Below are positions 35,593 to 45,166 of a DNA stretch of 51,448 bases, in pieces (position 1 is the first letter of the stretch; each line of letters opens with the position of its first letter). The notes below the pieces were generated by a model. That model had not been told where the DNA came from, did not search any database, and worked only from the letters and a program-made list of their open reading frames with translations. Origin of the DNA: Eubacterium sp. CAG:786 (GTDB taxonomy: Bacteria > Bacillota > Clostridia > Oscillospirales > Ruminococcaceae). The stretch lies in the NCBI GenBank assembly GCA_000432175.1, contig HF989398.1:1-51448 (forward strand), given 5' to 3'. The translations under genes were made by a program, and so were the position numbers.

Positions 35593-36180
35593 ATGATAAA
35601 GAAGCTTCAGGCTCTCAAGGCCAAGAAGGGCTTTACACTCGTAGAGCTCGTAGTAGTAATCGCTATCATCGGCGTACTTGCTGCTATCCTCGTTCCCACC
35701 ATGCTCGGCGTAGTACAGGATTCCAGAATCACTTCTGCTGACTCCTCTGCTTCCCAGATCAAGACCCAGACCACTACCTGGCTGACCAACATGGACGCAG
35801 CTAAGAAGACCCTTAAGGGCGGTACTGGCGAGGTTACTGTTAGTGTAACTGCTGGTGCATGGTCTACTTCCGGCGTTGGTTCTTTCCAGACCGGTACTGG
35901 CACAGCAGCTTCATGGTCCGGCGGCACTGACAAGAACTTCGACTACTGCCTGTTCATGGCTGATACCCTTCGTGATATCAAGAACGCTACAATTTCCCTC
36001 ACCCTGCTCAACGGCGGTGTTGTTGGCGTAGCAATCGTTGATGGCGACGCTAGTTATTCCGGCACAATGCCCGCTCAGGCTGACTGGGACGCTGGTACAT
36101 TCGGTTTCGGCGGCGACAAGGCTGGTCTTGATACCGACGGCGTTGTAATCGGTACAAACCCCAAGCTCCAGAAGTCCTAA
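35593..36180 (+). CDS. pilA: Probable major type IV pilin
   Basis: KAKKG|FTLVELVVVIAIIGVLAAILVP; own promoter, GGAGG RBS, ribosomal-protein-like codon usage (gct, gta, act, ggt), 3' stem-loop. Confidence 0.85.
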   Translation: MIKKLQALKAKKGFTLVELVVVIAIIGVLAAILVPTMLGVVQDSRITSADSSASQIKTQTTTWLTNMDAAKKTLKGGTGEVTVSVTAGAWSTSGVGSFQTGTGTAASWSGGTDKNFDYCLFMADTLRDIKNATISLTLLNGGVVGVAIVDGDASYSGTMPAQADWDAGTFGFGGDKAGLDTDGVVIGTNPKLQKS

Positions 36181-36226
36181 TAGACTTACACTCCATGTGA
36201 GTGAGAGCTTCTAAACAAGCACATCG

Positions 36227-36254
36227 TTCCTCGGCGGCGCAAGCCGTCGGGGAA
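36227..36254 (+). other. Stable GCAA-tetraloop stem-loop after major pilin (mRNA stabiliser or partial terminator)
   Basis: ttcctcggcggc-gcaa-gccgtcggggaa, no long U-tract. Confidence 0.65.
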
Positions 36255-36340
36255 TTAGTGCTATTATTCAAGCGTTTATCCGACATGAGATGAACGTTTG
36301 AATAATGGCGCCCCGAATTTCACGAAAGGCGGAATATCGC

Positions 36341-37057
36341 ATGATACAATACCTTCACAGACTCAAGGCTAAAAAAGGTTTCACTCTGGTGGAGCTTATA
36401 GTTGTCCTGGCAATCATGGCTGTCATCATCACCATTCTCATGGTCAACATGATCGGCGGTAACTCCGACAAGCAACTTTCGGGCAACTCTAACGCGGCGG
36501 CGTTCTTTACGGCGGCGCAGCTGACGTTCACCCGCGCGCAGATGACTGAGATGGAGCTTGTGCAGTACGAACCGTCTGACACGAAGTTCATCGAGTACAA
36601 GAGCGGCAAGAACACCATGAACAACAAGTATATCTTCCTTGAGGCGAAGTTCAGCGAGAACGGTATCATCGGCGTGCACTTGGACAACACGTTCAACAAG
36701 GTCATGGCGCGGGACGATATAAAATCCGACAACATGACAAAGCTTGAAAAGTACTTCACCAAGAGCCTTGACACGGCGCTCGCGGAATCATACGACGGGT
36801 ACTTCTACGCCCTCGCGGACGAGAATTTCAAGGTGCTGTTCACGCACTACACGATCCACAGAATGCCGACTTTCACGGCGGGCGAATCCCTCTCAGATTT
36901 CAGGGACGACCTCATGGTTGGCGCTGACGGCAAGCTCAAGGGAAGCGCCGACGTGCTCGGCACCTGCTCTGATGATTACATCATCGCTGCCAACGGCACT
37001 TACGCGTTCAACATGCCGGATTCCACAGACAGCAAGTATTCGATGTACCTCGGCTGA
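36341..37057 (+). CDS. Type IV pilin-like protein
   Basis: HRLKAKKG|FTLVELIVVLAIMAVIITIL; start ATG 36341. Confidence 0.88.
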   Translation: MIQYLHRLKAKKGFTLVELIVVLAIMAVIITILMVNMIGGNSDKQLSGNSNAAAFFTAAQLTFTRAQMTEMELVQYEPSDTKFIEYKSGKNTMNNKYIFLEAKFSENGIIGVHLDNTFNKVMARDDIKSDNMTKLEKYFTKSLDTALAESYDGYFYALADENFKVLFTHYTIHRMPTFTAGESLSDFRDDLMVGADGKLKGSADVLGTCSDDYIIAANGTYAFNMPDSTDSKYSMYLG

Positions 37058-37073
37058 TTTTTTCACAAATCTC

Positions 37074-37107
37074 ACCGCTCCTCTGCATGGGGAGCGGTTT
37101 TGTTTTG
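37074..37107 (+). terminator. Terminator ending the pilin genes
   Basis: accgctcc-tctgcatgg-ggagcggt then tttgtttt. Confidence 0.75.
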
Positions 37108-37148
37108 CAAAATCCGCAGAAATAATGCAAAAAAGTGCGTTGTCGCGC

Positions 37149-37175
37149 TAAAGTTTTGCAGGGCGCTGCCGATAA
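37149..37175 (+). promoter_or_regulatory. Sigma28 (FliA/SigD) promoter of late flagellar operon
   Basis: TAAA(G)-N15-GCCGATAA, consensus match directly upstream of flgM. Confidence 0.88.
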
Positions 37176-37267
37176 TATTTTTAAGGCAAAATATATGGGC
37201 GGATAGCGCCCGGAGAACGCCCAGAGAACAGAAGAAAGAAATCATAACAGCAGAGGAGGCAGAGTTT

Positions 37268-37528
37268 ATGGAGATAAAAAGAATAAACGGGGTAATTTCC
37301 GCATACAAGACCACGAGAAAAGGCGCTGCCGTTAAATCAGAGGCTGCTTCCACCGCGAAAAACACAGACAGGGTGGAGTTCGGCTTTGACACGGCGCTGC
37401 AGGCGGCTAAAAACGGCATTTCCGCAGCGGTAAAGGCTGACGCGGTCCCGCAGGAGATAGCACAGGCAAGACAGACGATGGACAGCGTGGAGCCGGGCGA
37501 CATCGCTTCCTATATCATTTTCGGGTGA
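37268..37528 (+). CDS. flgM: Anti-sigma28 factor FlgM-like (86 aa, divergent C-terminus)
   Basis: Position before flgN/flgK after a sigma28 promoter; MEIKRI...AY...TDRVEF N-terminal pattern; GAGGAGG RBS. Confidence 0.65.
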   Translation: MEIKRINGVISAYKTTRKGAAVKSEAASTAKNTDRVEFGFDTALQAAKNGISAAVKADAVPQEIAQARQTMDSVEPGDIASYIIFG

Positions 37529-37532
37529 GAGC

Positions 37533-38012
37533 ATGGACGAAAGAACCGCACAGGCAGTCATCAAATGCCTAGAAATAGACTGCGATTTCTACCGGGAGCT
37601 GCATAAGTTCCTGATGAAAAAGCACACAAAGATACTCGACGACGACCTTGAATGGCTCACGGATTCCCTCAACACCGAGCAGGCTTACGTCATGAAGAGC
37701 CAGTCGCTGGAGAAGAAGCGCCAGGCGCTGTTCCAGGGGCTTGGCATCGCGGACAGAAAGCTTTCCGAGATGATGGACGAGGTGCCGGAGGGCTGCCGCG
37801 CCAAGATGAAGCAGCTTTCAATGCAGCTTGCGGACCTGGTGGACAATATCAGAGAAATAAATGAACAGACCAACGAGATAGTCAAGCGCAAGCTGGATAA
37901 CCAGGCGGAACTTGTCAGGCGCGCCGGCATATTCAACAAGCCGGAGACTTACAACAAGAGCGCTTCCAAGGTTACTGGCGGCAGTTCCGCGAAGGCTTTC
38001 AGAGAGGTTTAG
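37533..38012 (+). CDS. flgN: Flagellar export chaperone FlgN
   Basis: Helical 159 aa protein, EINEQTNEIV...PETYNKS C-terminus, between flgM and flgK. Confidence 0.8.
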   Translation: MDERTAQAVIKCLEIDCDFYRELHKFLMKKHTKILDDDLEWLTDSLNTEQAYVMKSQSLEKKRQALFQGLGIADRKLSEMMDEVPEGCRAKMKQLSMQLADLVDNIREINEQTNEIVKRKLDNQAELVRRAGIFNKPETYNKSASKVTGGSSAKAFREV

Positions 38013-38023
38013 GAGGAAAATAT

Positions 38024-39631
38024 ATGCGCCCAACATTCCTGGGATTTGAAACACAGAAACGCACCTTACAGGTCGCACAGAAGAGCCTCGATATCGCAGG
38101 CAACAACGTTTCCAACATCAACACCATCGGCTACACACGCCAGCGCGTGGATCTCTATTCCATGTATGTCAGCGGAAACCAGAGCCTCAGATGGTGCAGC
38201 AACAGCAACAATCTTTCGCTCAACGGTCAGGGCGTTAACGCCTACGGCGTCAGCCAGGCCCGCGACCAGTACATCGACAAGAGATACCGTGAGAACACTG
38301 CGATAGAGGCAGAGACTGAAAAGACCATCAACGTCCTTTCGGATATCGAGGACGTGCTCGACAACATCGACACCGACGGCCTGCAGTACTACACGGAGCA
38401 GTACTTCAAGGCGCTGCAGGATTACTCGGTAGAGCGCCCGGACGCTTCCGAAGTCGCCACCATCGCGGCTAACTCGGCGGTAAACCTCTGCAGGCTGCTC
38501 AACGACTACAGCGCAAAGCTGCAGGAAGTCGAGGATACTTACATCGGCGAATTAGAGGACACCGTGGGGTACGTCAATAACCTGATGAGTGAGATAAATT
38601 CCCTCAACGACCGTATCGCAAGGGAGCTGATAAACTACCCCGACGAGTACGGCCCCAACGAGCTTTACGACCAGCTCAACATGTACATAGACGAACTCGC
38701 GAACTACGGCGATATCTCAGTCACCAAGAACAACAACGGTACTTATTCCGTTGATATGGCAGGCGTGAATATCATCGACGGCGAGAAGTTCAAGGCAAAC
38801 TACCTCGTTATGCAGGATTTCGCCAAGGCAGGCAACCAGGCGGCGCTCAACTTTGAGAGCGGTGAGGAGATCAACCTGCACTCTGGTATACTGAAGTCCT
38901 ACGTCGATATGCTCAACGGCAACGGCGTTTACGCCACCGGCCGCCAGAACGGCACCCACGGCATCGCCTATTACAAATCCGCGATAGACGTTTTCGCACG
39001 CACCCTGGCAGATACGTTCAACTCCGCCAACGGCGCGGACGACGACCCCAGACGTCAGATGTTCGTAGGCTACCCCGCAGGCGGAAAGGATCCCACAGCC
39101 GATGAAAACGGCGACGGCGAACTGGACGGCGGTTATTCCAAGGTGCTTATTACCGCGGGCAATATCCACGTTTCCACCGTGTGGAAGGAAAACCCCACCA
39201 TGATAGGCATGATCAAGACGAAAGACGAAACCACCGGCAAGCAGGTCTATGGCTACGATGAAGTCATCGACAAGGACGGCAAGGTAAATCTGCAGAACAC
39301 CAACGTGCTCTACCTCATCTCCAAGTTCGAGAACGGCGTGAAGTTTGGCAACGAGAATGATTTCAAGGGCAGCATGTACCAGTATATCTCGTTCCTGAGC
39401 GACCGTCTTGCAGAGAATATAAGCTACGAGACCAGCCGCAACGACACCGCGAAATCCACCGTCGATACGCTGCTCGACGCCCGGGACGAGGTCTCCGGCG
39501 TGCAGATGGACGAAGAGGGCATCAATATGCTGAACTACCAGAAGTGGTACAGCGCTTCCTCGCGTATGCTGACGACGCTGGACGACGCGCTGGATAAGCT
39601 GATAAACGGCACCGGCAGAGTAGGACTTTAA
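38024..39631 (+). CDS. flgK: Hook-associated protein 1
   Basis: MRPTFLGFET...GNNVSNINTIGYTRQRV; VSGVQMDEEGINMLNYQKWYSASSRMLTTLDDALDKLINGTGRVGL. Confidence 0.95.
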   Translation: MRPTFLGFETQKRTLQVAQKSLDIAGNNVSNINTIGYTRQRVDLYSMYVSGNQSLRWCSNSNNLSLNGQGVNAYGVSQARDQYIDKRYRENTAIEAETEKTINVLSDIEDVLDNIDTDGLQYYTEQYFKALQDYSVERPDASEVATIAANSAVNLCRLLNDYSAKLQEVEDTYIGELEDTVGYVNNLMSEINSLNDRIARELINYPDEYGPNELYDQLNMYIDELANYGDISVTKNNNGTYSVDMAGVNIIDGEKFKANYLVMQDFAKAGNQAALNFESGEEINLHSGILKSYVDMLNGNGVYATGRQNGTHGIAYYKSAIDVFARTLADTFNSANGADDDPRRQMFVGYPAGGKDPTADENGDGELDGGYSKVLITAGNIHVSTVWKENPTMIGMIKTKDETTGKQVYGYDEVIDKDGKVNLQNTNVLYLISKFENGVKFGNENDFKGSMYQYISFLSDRLAENISYETSRNDTAKSTVDTLLDARDEVSGVQMDEEGINMLNYQKWYSASSRMLTTLDDALDKLINGTGRVGL

Positions 39632-39645
39632 GGAGGGCAGTCTGA

Positions 39646-41190
39646 ATGAGAATAACAAATTCAACGCTGCTGCGTAATTACGACAGGAATCTCAAGCGCC
39701 TTTCCACCGAGAAATACGCTTCCGAGAACAAAATATATTCCGGCAGGCAGTACACACGCGCCAGCCAGTCGCCGCTGAAGGCTTCAAAGGCTCTCACGGT
39801 GAGAAAGCAGCTGTGGCACACCGAGCAGTATCAGGATAACCTCAAGGTGGCTGACAAGTTCTACACCGAGGCCGAGACTTCGCTGCTGCAGGTTTCGGAG
39901 CAGCTTGCTTCCGTGCGCGAGACCATCATCTACGCCTGCAACTCTACCAAGGAAAAGGCGACCGACATCAATATCCTTGCTGAGCAGCTCGAAACAAAGG
40001 CCAAGGAGATGTGCTCCATCTTCAACACCAACAGCGCGGAGCGCGCTATCTTCGGCGGTGAGAGCAACGCGGCCGAGCCGTTCACCATAGAGTACGACGA
40101 TGATGGCAAAGCCACCAAGATACTCTATCACGGCGTGCCGGTCAACGCGTACAGCAACGAGAATGATTTCCCGTATTCCAACGATGTATACATAGATGTC
40201 GGTATCGGCATGGTCATCAGCGACAACCAGGAAGTGGATCCCCAGTCCATGCTGAAAATTTCGTTCAACGGCGCGGGGGTTTCCGGCTGCGGCTTCGAGG
40301 GCTCCGGCAAGAAACTTTCGACACTCCGTCCGGATAGTCTCAGGAGCGGTGAGAACGACAACACCGTAAGAATAACCGCAGGCGGCAAGACGGTCACCGT
40401 TAAGTTCAAGGGCAACAAGACCAATGATATCCAGACTGCGATAACGAATGCTTTCAACAACGCGGGCGTCACCGACCCGGACAAGATACCCACCATCAAT
40501 GAAAAGGGCGAACTCACGATGGGCGACGGCAGCGGCGCTTACGTTTCTGAAACTCCGTCCATCAACCTCGACCAGCTTAAGGACGGGCAGATTTACACCG
40601 TTGACATCTACGCCAGCGGCACCAAAAAGACGATAACTTTCACCGCAGGCGCTGACACAGCTGCCACAGCCGCTAATGTCCAGGCAAAGCTGGACGAAGC
40701 TTTCAAATATGAAAAGCACACTCCCACCATCGACGACGACGGCAACATAAAGCTGGAATACCTCAATGCAAAGGGAGAAACGGTTTCCGGTCAGGTGTAC
40801 ATCGCCAAGAGCGCCACAGGCATAGTGCCGGATTACAAGAACGGCGACACCTACTCGAACAATTACCTGCAGGTGACTCTCGACGCTGCCGCGGCGCTCC
40901 GCAGGGGCGACATCGACTACGCGAATGCGTGCATAGACAGGATAGTGAGTTCCTCTGAAAACCTGCTCGTCGAGATAGCGGATCTGGGTAATTCCGAGGA
41001 ATACATAGAGTTCAACCAGACGCGCTTCGACACGAGAACGCTCAATCTCAAGGAGCGCCAGAAAGACCTCGAAGCCACCAATCTCGAGAGCGAGATAACG
41101 CGGATGAAGACCTACGAGGCGCTTTACAACGCCTGCCTGCAGATGTCATCAAGCATAGTCCCTAACAGCATATTCAATTACATCCGCTGA
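39646..41190 (+). CDS. flgL: Hook-associated protein 3 (enlarged, 514 aa)
   Basis: MRITNSTL start, RAIFGG, C-terminal YNACLQMSSSIVPNSIFNYIR; follows flgK. Confidence 0.9.
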   Translation: MRITNSTLLRNYDRNLKRLSTEKYASENKIYSGRQYTRASQSPLKASKALTVRKQLWHTEQYQDNLKVADKFYTEAETSLLQVSEQLASVRETIIYACNSTKEKATDINILAEQLETKAKEMCSIFNTNSAERAIFGGESNAAEPFTIEYDDDGKATKILYHGVPVNAYSNENDFPYSNDVYIDVGIGMVISDNQEVDPQSMLKISFNGAGVSGCGFEGSGKKLSTLRPDSLRSGENDNTVRITAGGKTVTVKFKGNKTNDIQTAITNAFNNAGVTDPDKIPTINEKGELTMGDGSGAYVSETPSINLDQLKDGQIYTVDIYASGTKKTITFTAGADTAATAANVQAKLDEAFKYEKHTPTIDDDGNIKLEYLNAKGETVSGQVYIAKSATGIVPDYKNGDTYSNNYLQVTLDAAAALRRGDIDYANACIDRIVSSSENLLVEIADLGNSEEYIEFNQTRFDTRTLNLKERQKDLEATNLESEITRMKTYEALYNACLQMSSSIVPNSIFNYIR

Positions 41191-41357
41191 TGGCGCTGAT
41201 AAATCGTTAAGTTTGGTTTAATTTGGTCATGATGCGCTGCCGGGTATACCGGTGAGGCAGGGAAGCCGCGCATTTCAGTTATATGGAGAGAAAGCCGGAT
41301 ACGCGCGAGCGGCTTCCGGTGTTTCCCCGGGTTACAGACAACCAGGAGGTGTTGGAA

Positions 41358-41984
41358 GTGAACAGCAATCTATTACAGATAACCACGATCCCGATATCCA
41401 TTGAGATCAAGGTGACAAACGCAAAGTACGAGTATCCCGACGCTACCGAGCGCCAGCCGAAGGTGAACATCACCAACACGCAGGGCGGCTACGTTATGAA
41501 AGCCGACCCCATCAAGGTGAATATCGACACCTATCAGGCGCGAAAGAGCCTGGGATACGGGCACATGACGGACGGCGATATGATGGCGCAGAAAGCGCAG
41601 GAGGGATTTTCCCTTGCATTCCAGGGCACGGCAAGAGTCGCGTCTGAGGGCAATCAGCTTGCGAGAGGAATGTCAGCTTCGGAAATTGCGATACAAAACG
41701 CCAGAGCCGGTGCAACAGTTGAGACTATTATGGAGTTCCTGCCGAAAGAGGGCGCTGACATCACCTTCGACGGCGGAACACTCAGCATTGACTACCAGAT
41801 GGGCGACCAGGAGATCGACTGGAATATCATGGAGCAGCTGCCGATGGAATTCGTGCCGGGCAGCGTGGAGCTCATCGTCCGCGACAGACCCAGGGTGGAG
41901 ATAGAGTACCTTGGAGGGCCTATCTACTTCCCCAGGAGCGCAGACCCCGAGTACAAGCCCCCGGTGCTGGACGTCAAGGGCTGA
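41358..41984 (+). CDS. YviE/DUF6470-like flagellar-operon protein
   Basis: LLQITTIP...VNIDTYQAR...VEIEYLGGPIYFP; conserved position between flgL and fliW; GTG start with GGAGG. Confidence 0.75.
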   Translation: MNSNLLQITTIPISIEIKVTNAKYEYPDATERQPKVNITNTQGGYVMKADPIKVNIDTYQARKSLGYGHMTDGDMMAQKAQEGFSLAFQGTARVASEGNQLARGMSASEIAIQNARAGATVETIMEFLPKEGADITFDGGTLSIDYQMGDQEIDWNIMEQLPMEFVPGSVELIVRDRPRVEIEYLGGPIYFPRSADPEYKPPVLDVKG

Positions 41985-42023
41985 TATATTCTGAAAGGAG
42001 CGGCGTCCGCGCCGGTATAGCCT

Positions 42024-42452
42024 ATGAAGATAATTACCAGAGATTTTGGCGAGCAGGAAGTTGACGAGAGCAGGGTCATCACATTCCCCGAGGGTATAAT
42101 CGGCTTCGAGGACAGGAAGAAATATGCTCTGCTCAGCCCGCTGGGAGATGAAACGTTCCCGATGTGGCTGCAGTCGGTGGACTCAAAGGAGCCGTGCTTC
42201 GTGGTTTACGACCCGATGAAGATATACGGCGACTACAGGTTCGCGATATCCGACGAGGAACAGGCGCTGCTGAAGATCGACGAGAATTCGCAGTACCGCT
42301 GCCTTGCAGTGGCGATAGTCCCCGAGGATTACCGCAAGACCACCATTAACCTGCGCTGCCCCATCGTCGTGAACACAAAGGAGCGCGTCGCGGCTCAGGT
42401 GATCCTGACGGAGCACTACGAGTTCAAGGCTCCCGTGTATGAGGAGGGCTGA
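42024..42452 (+). CDS. fliW: Flagellar assembly factor FliW (anti-CsrA)
   Basis: TRDFGE...ITFPEGIIGFE...WLQS...TINLRCPIVVN. Confidence 0.95.
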   Translation: MKIITRDFGEQEVDESRVITFPEGIIGFEDRKKYALLSPLGDETFPMWLQSVDSKEPCFVVYDPMKIYGDYRFAISDEEQALLKIDENSQYRCLAVAIVPEDYRKTTINLRCPIVVNTKERVAAQVILTEHYEFKAPVYEEG

Positions 42453-42454
42453 GA

Positions 42455-42688
42455 ATGCTTGTAGTTACCAGAAAGACCGACGAGAGCATTATCATCGCTG
42501 ATAATATCGAGATAACAGTGCTTGAGATAGGCAAGGACAAGGTCAAGATAGGCATAAACGCCCCTAAGGAAGTCAAAGTGATAAGAAGCGAGCTGAAGGA
42601 CGCACGCCAGACGAACGAGCAGGCTGCGCACGCTTCCGGCAGCGCCATTGCAGAACTGCTGAAACAGCACAGGCAGGAGGAGAATTGA
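42455..42688 (+). CDS. csrA: Carbon storage regulator CsrA
   Basis: MLVVTRKTDESIII...VKIGINAPKEVKVIRSEL. Confidence 0.96.
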   Translation: MLVVTRKTDESIIIADNIEITVLEIGKDKVKIGINAPKEVKVIRSELKDARQTNEQAAHASGSAIAELLKQHRQEEN

Positions 42689-42689
42689 A

Positions 42690-45101
42690 ATGTCAAATAC
42701 AATGAGATTGAGTGGTCTTACCTCGGGATTTGATACCGAGAGTATGATCAAGCAGCTGATGTCCTCATATCAGACAAAGATAGACAAGCAGAACCAGAAG
42801 CTCCAGAAGCTCAGCTGGCAGCAGGCAGGATATCAGGACATCACAAAGAAGATAACCGAGTTCAAGAACAAGTATTTCGACGTGCTCAAGCGCGATACAT
42901 ACCTCATGAGCGCTTCTACGTTCAACAAGTTCACTTCCGGTGTGACTGCCACCAACGGCGCGGATACCAGCGGGCTTTCCGTCAGCACCACCAGCAATTC
43001 TGCTGCGGGCAGCTATAAGGTCAGACTCAATCAGCGCGCTTCCGCTGCCAGGGCATCGGGAAACTCCATTACCATGGAGAAATTCGCGCTGGATTTTGAC
43101 AAGGCTATCTCCGCGGGCGGCACGGACGTCACCAACGCCGACGGCAGCGTAACGAGAAAGTTCGAGCTTTCCCTCAGCTTCAAGGTGGGCAGCGTTTCCA
43201 AGACCATCGACTTCTCAGCAGAAGCCGCACTGGACGCCAACGGCAATATTTCAGACGCCGGCGCGCTGAAATCCGACATGCTGGACGCGCTCAACACAAA
43301 GCTGCAGGAGGGCTTCGGCTATTCCGGCAGGACTGGCGCGGACGCCACAGGCTCAGTTGACGCCAGCGGCAACGAGTGGTTCATTCAGGCTGAGATGGGC
43401 GCCAACGGAAAGGTAAGCTTCAACGTAGGCGGCAACGCCACCGCAAGCGTCACCGAGAGCAAGGGCAACTTCGGTCTGGCTCAGGCTGCTTCCAAGGTGG
43501 CTATCTCCACCAGCAGCGTTGTGACCGGCACCAACATTTTCACCGTTGATATCGGCGGAAAGAGCGTGAATGTAGATTTCAAGGGCGTTTCTTCGACATA
43601 TTACGAAAGCAGGAATTCAGCGGGCAACGAGACTATCCTCGCGGAATTCAACCAGCTCAAAGCGGCTGCCTACCGCAAGGATAAGGGACTTTCCGCAGGC
43701 GCCACAGTCACACAGACCCAGCTTGACAGCTACACCTATTCCAGCGAGCAGGCTGCAAAGGACAGAAACGCCTCCGCGATAAAGAGCGCGCTCGGCGCTG
43801 CCCTGCCGGATTACAAGTTCACACTGGACGGCTCCTACCTCACAGCAAAGGACAAGAACGGCAACGATGCTGAATTCGCGATGACTTCCGTCGAGGGCGG
43901 TACGCTGGGCATCGCCAGGGAAACTGCCTCCAACAAGGCTACTTCCGGCACGAAGCTTTCCGCTATGGGACTCACACCGGGCGCAGACGGAAAATACACG
44001 CTCACCATCAACGACGTTGATATCACCGTTGACAAGGACGCCACCGTTGCAAACCTCATGAGCGCGGTGAACAAGTCCGACGCCAACGTCACGATGACTT
44101 ACTCCAGCCTGACCAACAGCTTTACTGTTGAATCCAAGGAAATTGGCGGCGCAGGCAAGGTGGATATCAGAAGCAGCGACGTCACAAAGGCGCTCGGCAT
44201 AGCAGACGACAACGGAACTGTCGGCTTCACCTCCGGTCAGAATTCCGTGTTTGAGATAAACGGTCAGGAGATATACCTCAACGACAATTCCTACACGCTG
44301 GACGGAACTACATTCACGTTCAATGACAACATGGAAGTCGGCGAAACCTACACCGCGACCATCAGCAAGGATTCCACCACCGTCAAGGACACCGTAAAGA
44401 AGTTCGTTGAGGACTACAACCAGCTTATCGAAGACGTTTACGGTTACATCGGCACTGCCCCGGCAAAGGACAGCAACGGTGATTCTTACGACCCGCTGAC
44501 TGATGACGAGCGCGACGAGATGAGCGAGGACGAGATAACCAAGTGGGAGGAAAAGGCAAAGCAGGGCGTTCTGTATAACGACTCCACCGTTTCCTCCATC
44601 ATGAGCCAGATACGTACTACGCTGTACAACAGCGTTACGCTGGACGACGGCACGAAGTTTGGTATCTACAGCATGGGTATCAAGACCTCCAGCGAGTGGT
44701 CTGAACATGGAAAGCTTGAGATAGACGACGACGCGTTCGACAAGGCTTTTGAGAACAACCAGGACGCTATCGTGAAGCTGTTCACCGACAGCGAGAATGG
44801 TGTAATGGCAAAGGTCAACAAGGTCATGGACAGCGCCGTGAAGAGTTCCGGTAAGGTTGAAACCAGAGGTACTCTGGTGCGCAAGGCAGGCAAGGAGAAC
44901 AGCTCCGTAACCACCGACAGCACCATCTACAAGGAAATGAAGCGTATCCAGGAGCGCATGAGCGACCTGCAGACCAAGTATTCCGAGAAGGAAGAGTACT
45001 GGTGGAAGGTGTTCACGAACATGGAGAGCGCGCTGTCTGACCTCAACAGCCAGACCAGCTACATTTCCTCCTATTTCGGAACTTCCGGCAACTATCAGTA
45101 A
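42690..45101 (+). CDS. fliD: Flagellar filament cap protein (803 aa)
   Basis: RLSGLTSGFDTESMIKQLM, KKFVEDYN, WEEKAKQGVL, YWWKVFTNMESALSDLNSQ. Confidence 0.95.
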   Translation: MSNTMRLSGLTSGFDTESMIKQLMSSYQTKIDKQNQKLQKLSWQQAGYQDITKKITEFKNKYFDVLKRDTYLMSASTFNKFTSGVTATNGADTSGLSVSTTSNSAAGSYKVRLNQRASAARASGNSITMEKFALDFDKAISAGGTDVTNADGSVTRKFELSLSFKVGSVSKTIDFSAEAALDANGNISDAGALKSDMLDALNTKLQEGFGYSGRTGADATGSVDASGNEWFIQAEMGANGKVSFNVGGNATASVTESKGNFGLAQAASKVAISTSSVVTGTNIFTVDIGGKSVNVDFKGVSSTYYESRNSAGNETILAEFNQLKAAAYRKDKGLSAGATVTQTQLDSYTYSSEQAAKDRNASAIKSALGAALPDYKFTLDGSYLTAKDKNGNDAEFAMTSVEGGTLGIARETASNKATSGTKLSAMGLTPGADGKYTLTINDVDITVDKDATVANLMSAVNKSDANVTMTYSSLTNSFTVESKEIGGAGKVDIRSSDVTKALGIADDNGTVGFTSGQNSVFEINGQEIYLNDNSYTLDGTTFTFNDNMEVGETYTATISKDSTTVKDTVKKFVEDYNQLIEDVYGYIGTAPAKDSNGDSYDPLTDDERDEMSEDEITKWEEKAKQGVLYNDSTVSSIMSQIRTTLYNSVTLDDGTKFGIYSMGIKTSSEWSEHGKLEIDDDAFDKAFENNQDAIVKLFTDSENGVMAKVNKVMDSAVKSSGKVETRGTLVRKAGKENSSVTTDSTIYKEMKRIQERMSDLQTKYSEKEEYWWKVFTNMESALSDLNSQTSYISSYFGTSGNYQ

Positions 45102-45166
45102 TAAAACGACGGAAGCCGTCACGGGCGCCACGCCGTAGAATATAATGAAAACAGAGGGCACAGGAT

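Noticed and set aside
35593..36180. Electrically conductive (e-pilin) interpretation
   Set aside because: Full-length pilin with sparse aromatic residues and long aromatic-free gaps
42688..42690. Missing flagellin/flaG between csrA and fliD as evidence of flagellar decay
   Set aside because: All visible flagellar genes are intact, and flagellins are often encoded elsewhere; cannot be judged from this window
43617..45161. 514-aa minus-strand ORF
   Set aside because: Antisense shadow of fliD; the same applies to the long antisense ORFs over flgK, flgL and the SGNH genes
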